Assembly: GCA_041639695.1 (NCBI GenBank) | Contig: JBEQBQ010000009.1 | Coordinates: forward strand, 8,209-42,711 | Direction: 5' to 3' | Length of the DNA: 34,503 bases | DNA from: Candidatus Nanohaloarchaea archaeon | GTDB lineage: Archaea > Nanohalarchaeota > Nanosalinia > Nanosalinales > Nanosalinaceae | Shown: positions 34,049 through 34,503 of the stretch, in pieces | Layout of the letters: each line of letters begins with the position of its first letter | How positions within the stretch are numbered: position 1 is the stretch's first letter | Translations under genes and position numbers: made by a program | The notes under the pieces: model-generated | Told to the model about the DNA's origin: nothing | The model's input: the letters and a program-made list of their open reading frames with translations, nothing else | Database searches by the model: none

Positions 34049-34503
34049 AAAGTAGTTTTTCTTGGTTCAAGGATTTTCTCGGTTATCGCATCCACGTTAT
34101 CCACCTTGCTTTTGACTATTTCATCGATATTTTTGGCTGATGTTTCTACTTCTACTGCCTTCGGATCGTCTATAGGTTTCCCTATCTGTGAAAGAATCTT
34201 CACTTGAGCGAACTCTCCCCGCGTCTCGTATATCTCCCTCGCTATCTCTTCGGCAAGAAAGTTGTAGATCTTTCCAACATGGGTCACAGGGTTTTTGCCG
34301 GAAGCTGCCTCCAAGCTCATAGACCTGTGGGGAGTAATCAATCCGTTAATCCTGTTCCCTCGTCCAACTGATCCATCATCCCCCATCTCGGCCGAAGTGC
34401 CGGTAACCGTAATATATACATCGCCGTTCTCGGGATCATCTGCCGTGTTAACATGTACATCCGGTTTAAGAGAGGTTTCCGATTTGATTATATCTTCTGT
34501 TTC
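34045..34503 (-). CDS. mat: archaeal-type S-adenosylmethionine synthetase (C-terminal part; 5' end outside the window)
   Basis: Frame is open to the window edge: VNTADD...[49 protein letters not shown]. Confidence 0.94.
   Translation of the reverse strand, partial: ETEDIIKSETSLKPDVHVNTADDPENGDVYITVTGTSAEMGDDGSVGRGNRINGLITPHRSMSLEAASGKNPVTHVGKIYNFLAEEIAREIYETRGEFAQVKILSQIGKPIDDPKAVEVETSAKNIDEIVKSKVDNVDAITEKILEPRKTTF

Noticed and set aside
1-34503. tRNA, rRNA, SRP RNA or CRISPR array
   Set aside because: No intergenic gap shows a cloverleaf/T-loop pattern or regularly spaced repeats; the largest gaps are about 165 bp.

Overview
Compact archaeal chromosome segment with a strongly acidic proteome, short intergenic spacers and many apparently leaderless genes. 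It is most consistent with a halophilic DPANN archaeon (Nanohaloarchaeota); this is inference from composition and gene content. The left half is the conserved archaeal translation/secretion gene run on the minus strand (rps19e, PDCD5-like, rpl39e, eIF6, rplX, pfdA, ftsY, ffh, pus10, rpl21e, rpoF, DUF655, ksgA). The middle carries tRNA-handling genes (bacterial-type thrS, trm56, rnz, trm11, rnp4) and a GT2/GT4/GT4/flippase-like/DUF2070 cluster. The right end has DUF59, HxlR, DUF892, an ABC-2/NEW3 operon and a partial archaeal SAM synthetase. The standout is a family of four paralogues (4840-5553, 5719-6495, 11205-11975, 12671-13399) slotted between housekeeping genes. Each has an N-terminal coiled coil, an internal twin-arginine (Tat-like) motif and a conserved G[LM]KLT neck, followed by a variable C-terminal head resembling phage tail-fibre/tailspike domains, and all share a promoter element. 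This is a candidate modular host-recognition/adhesin system. No tRNA, rRNA, CRISPR array, integrase or transposase was seen.
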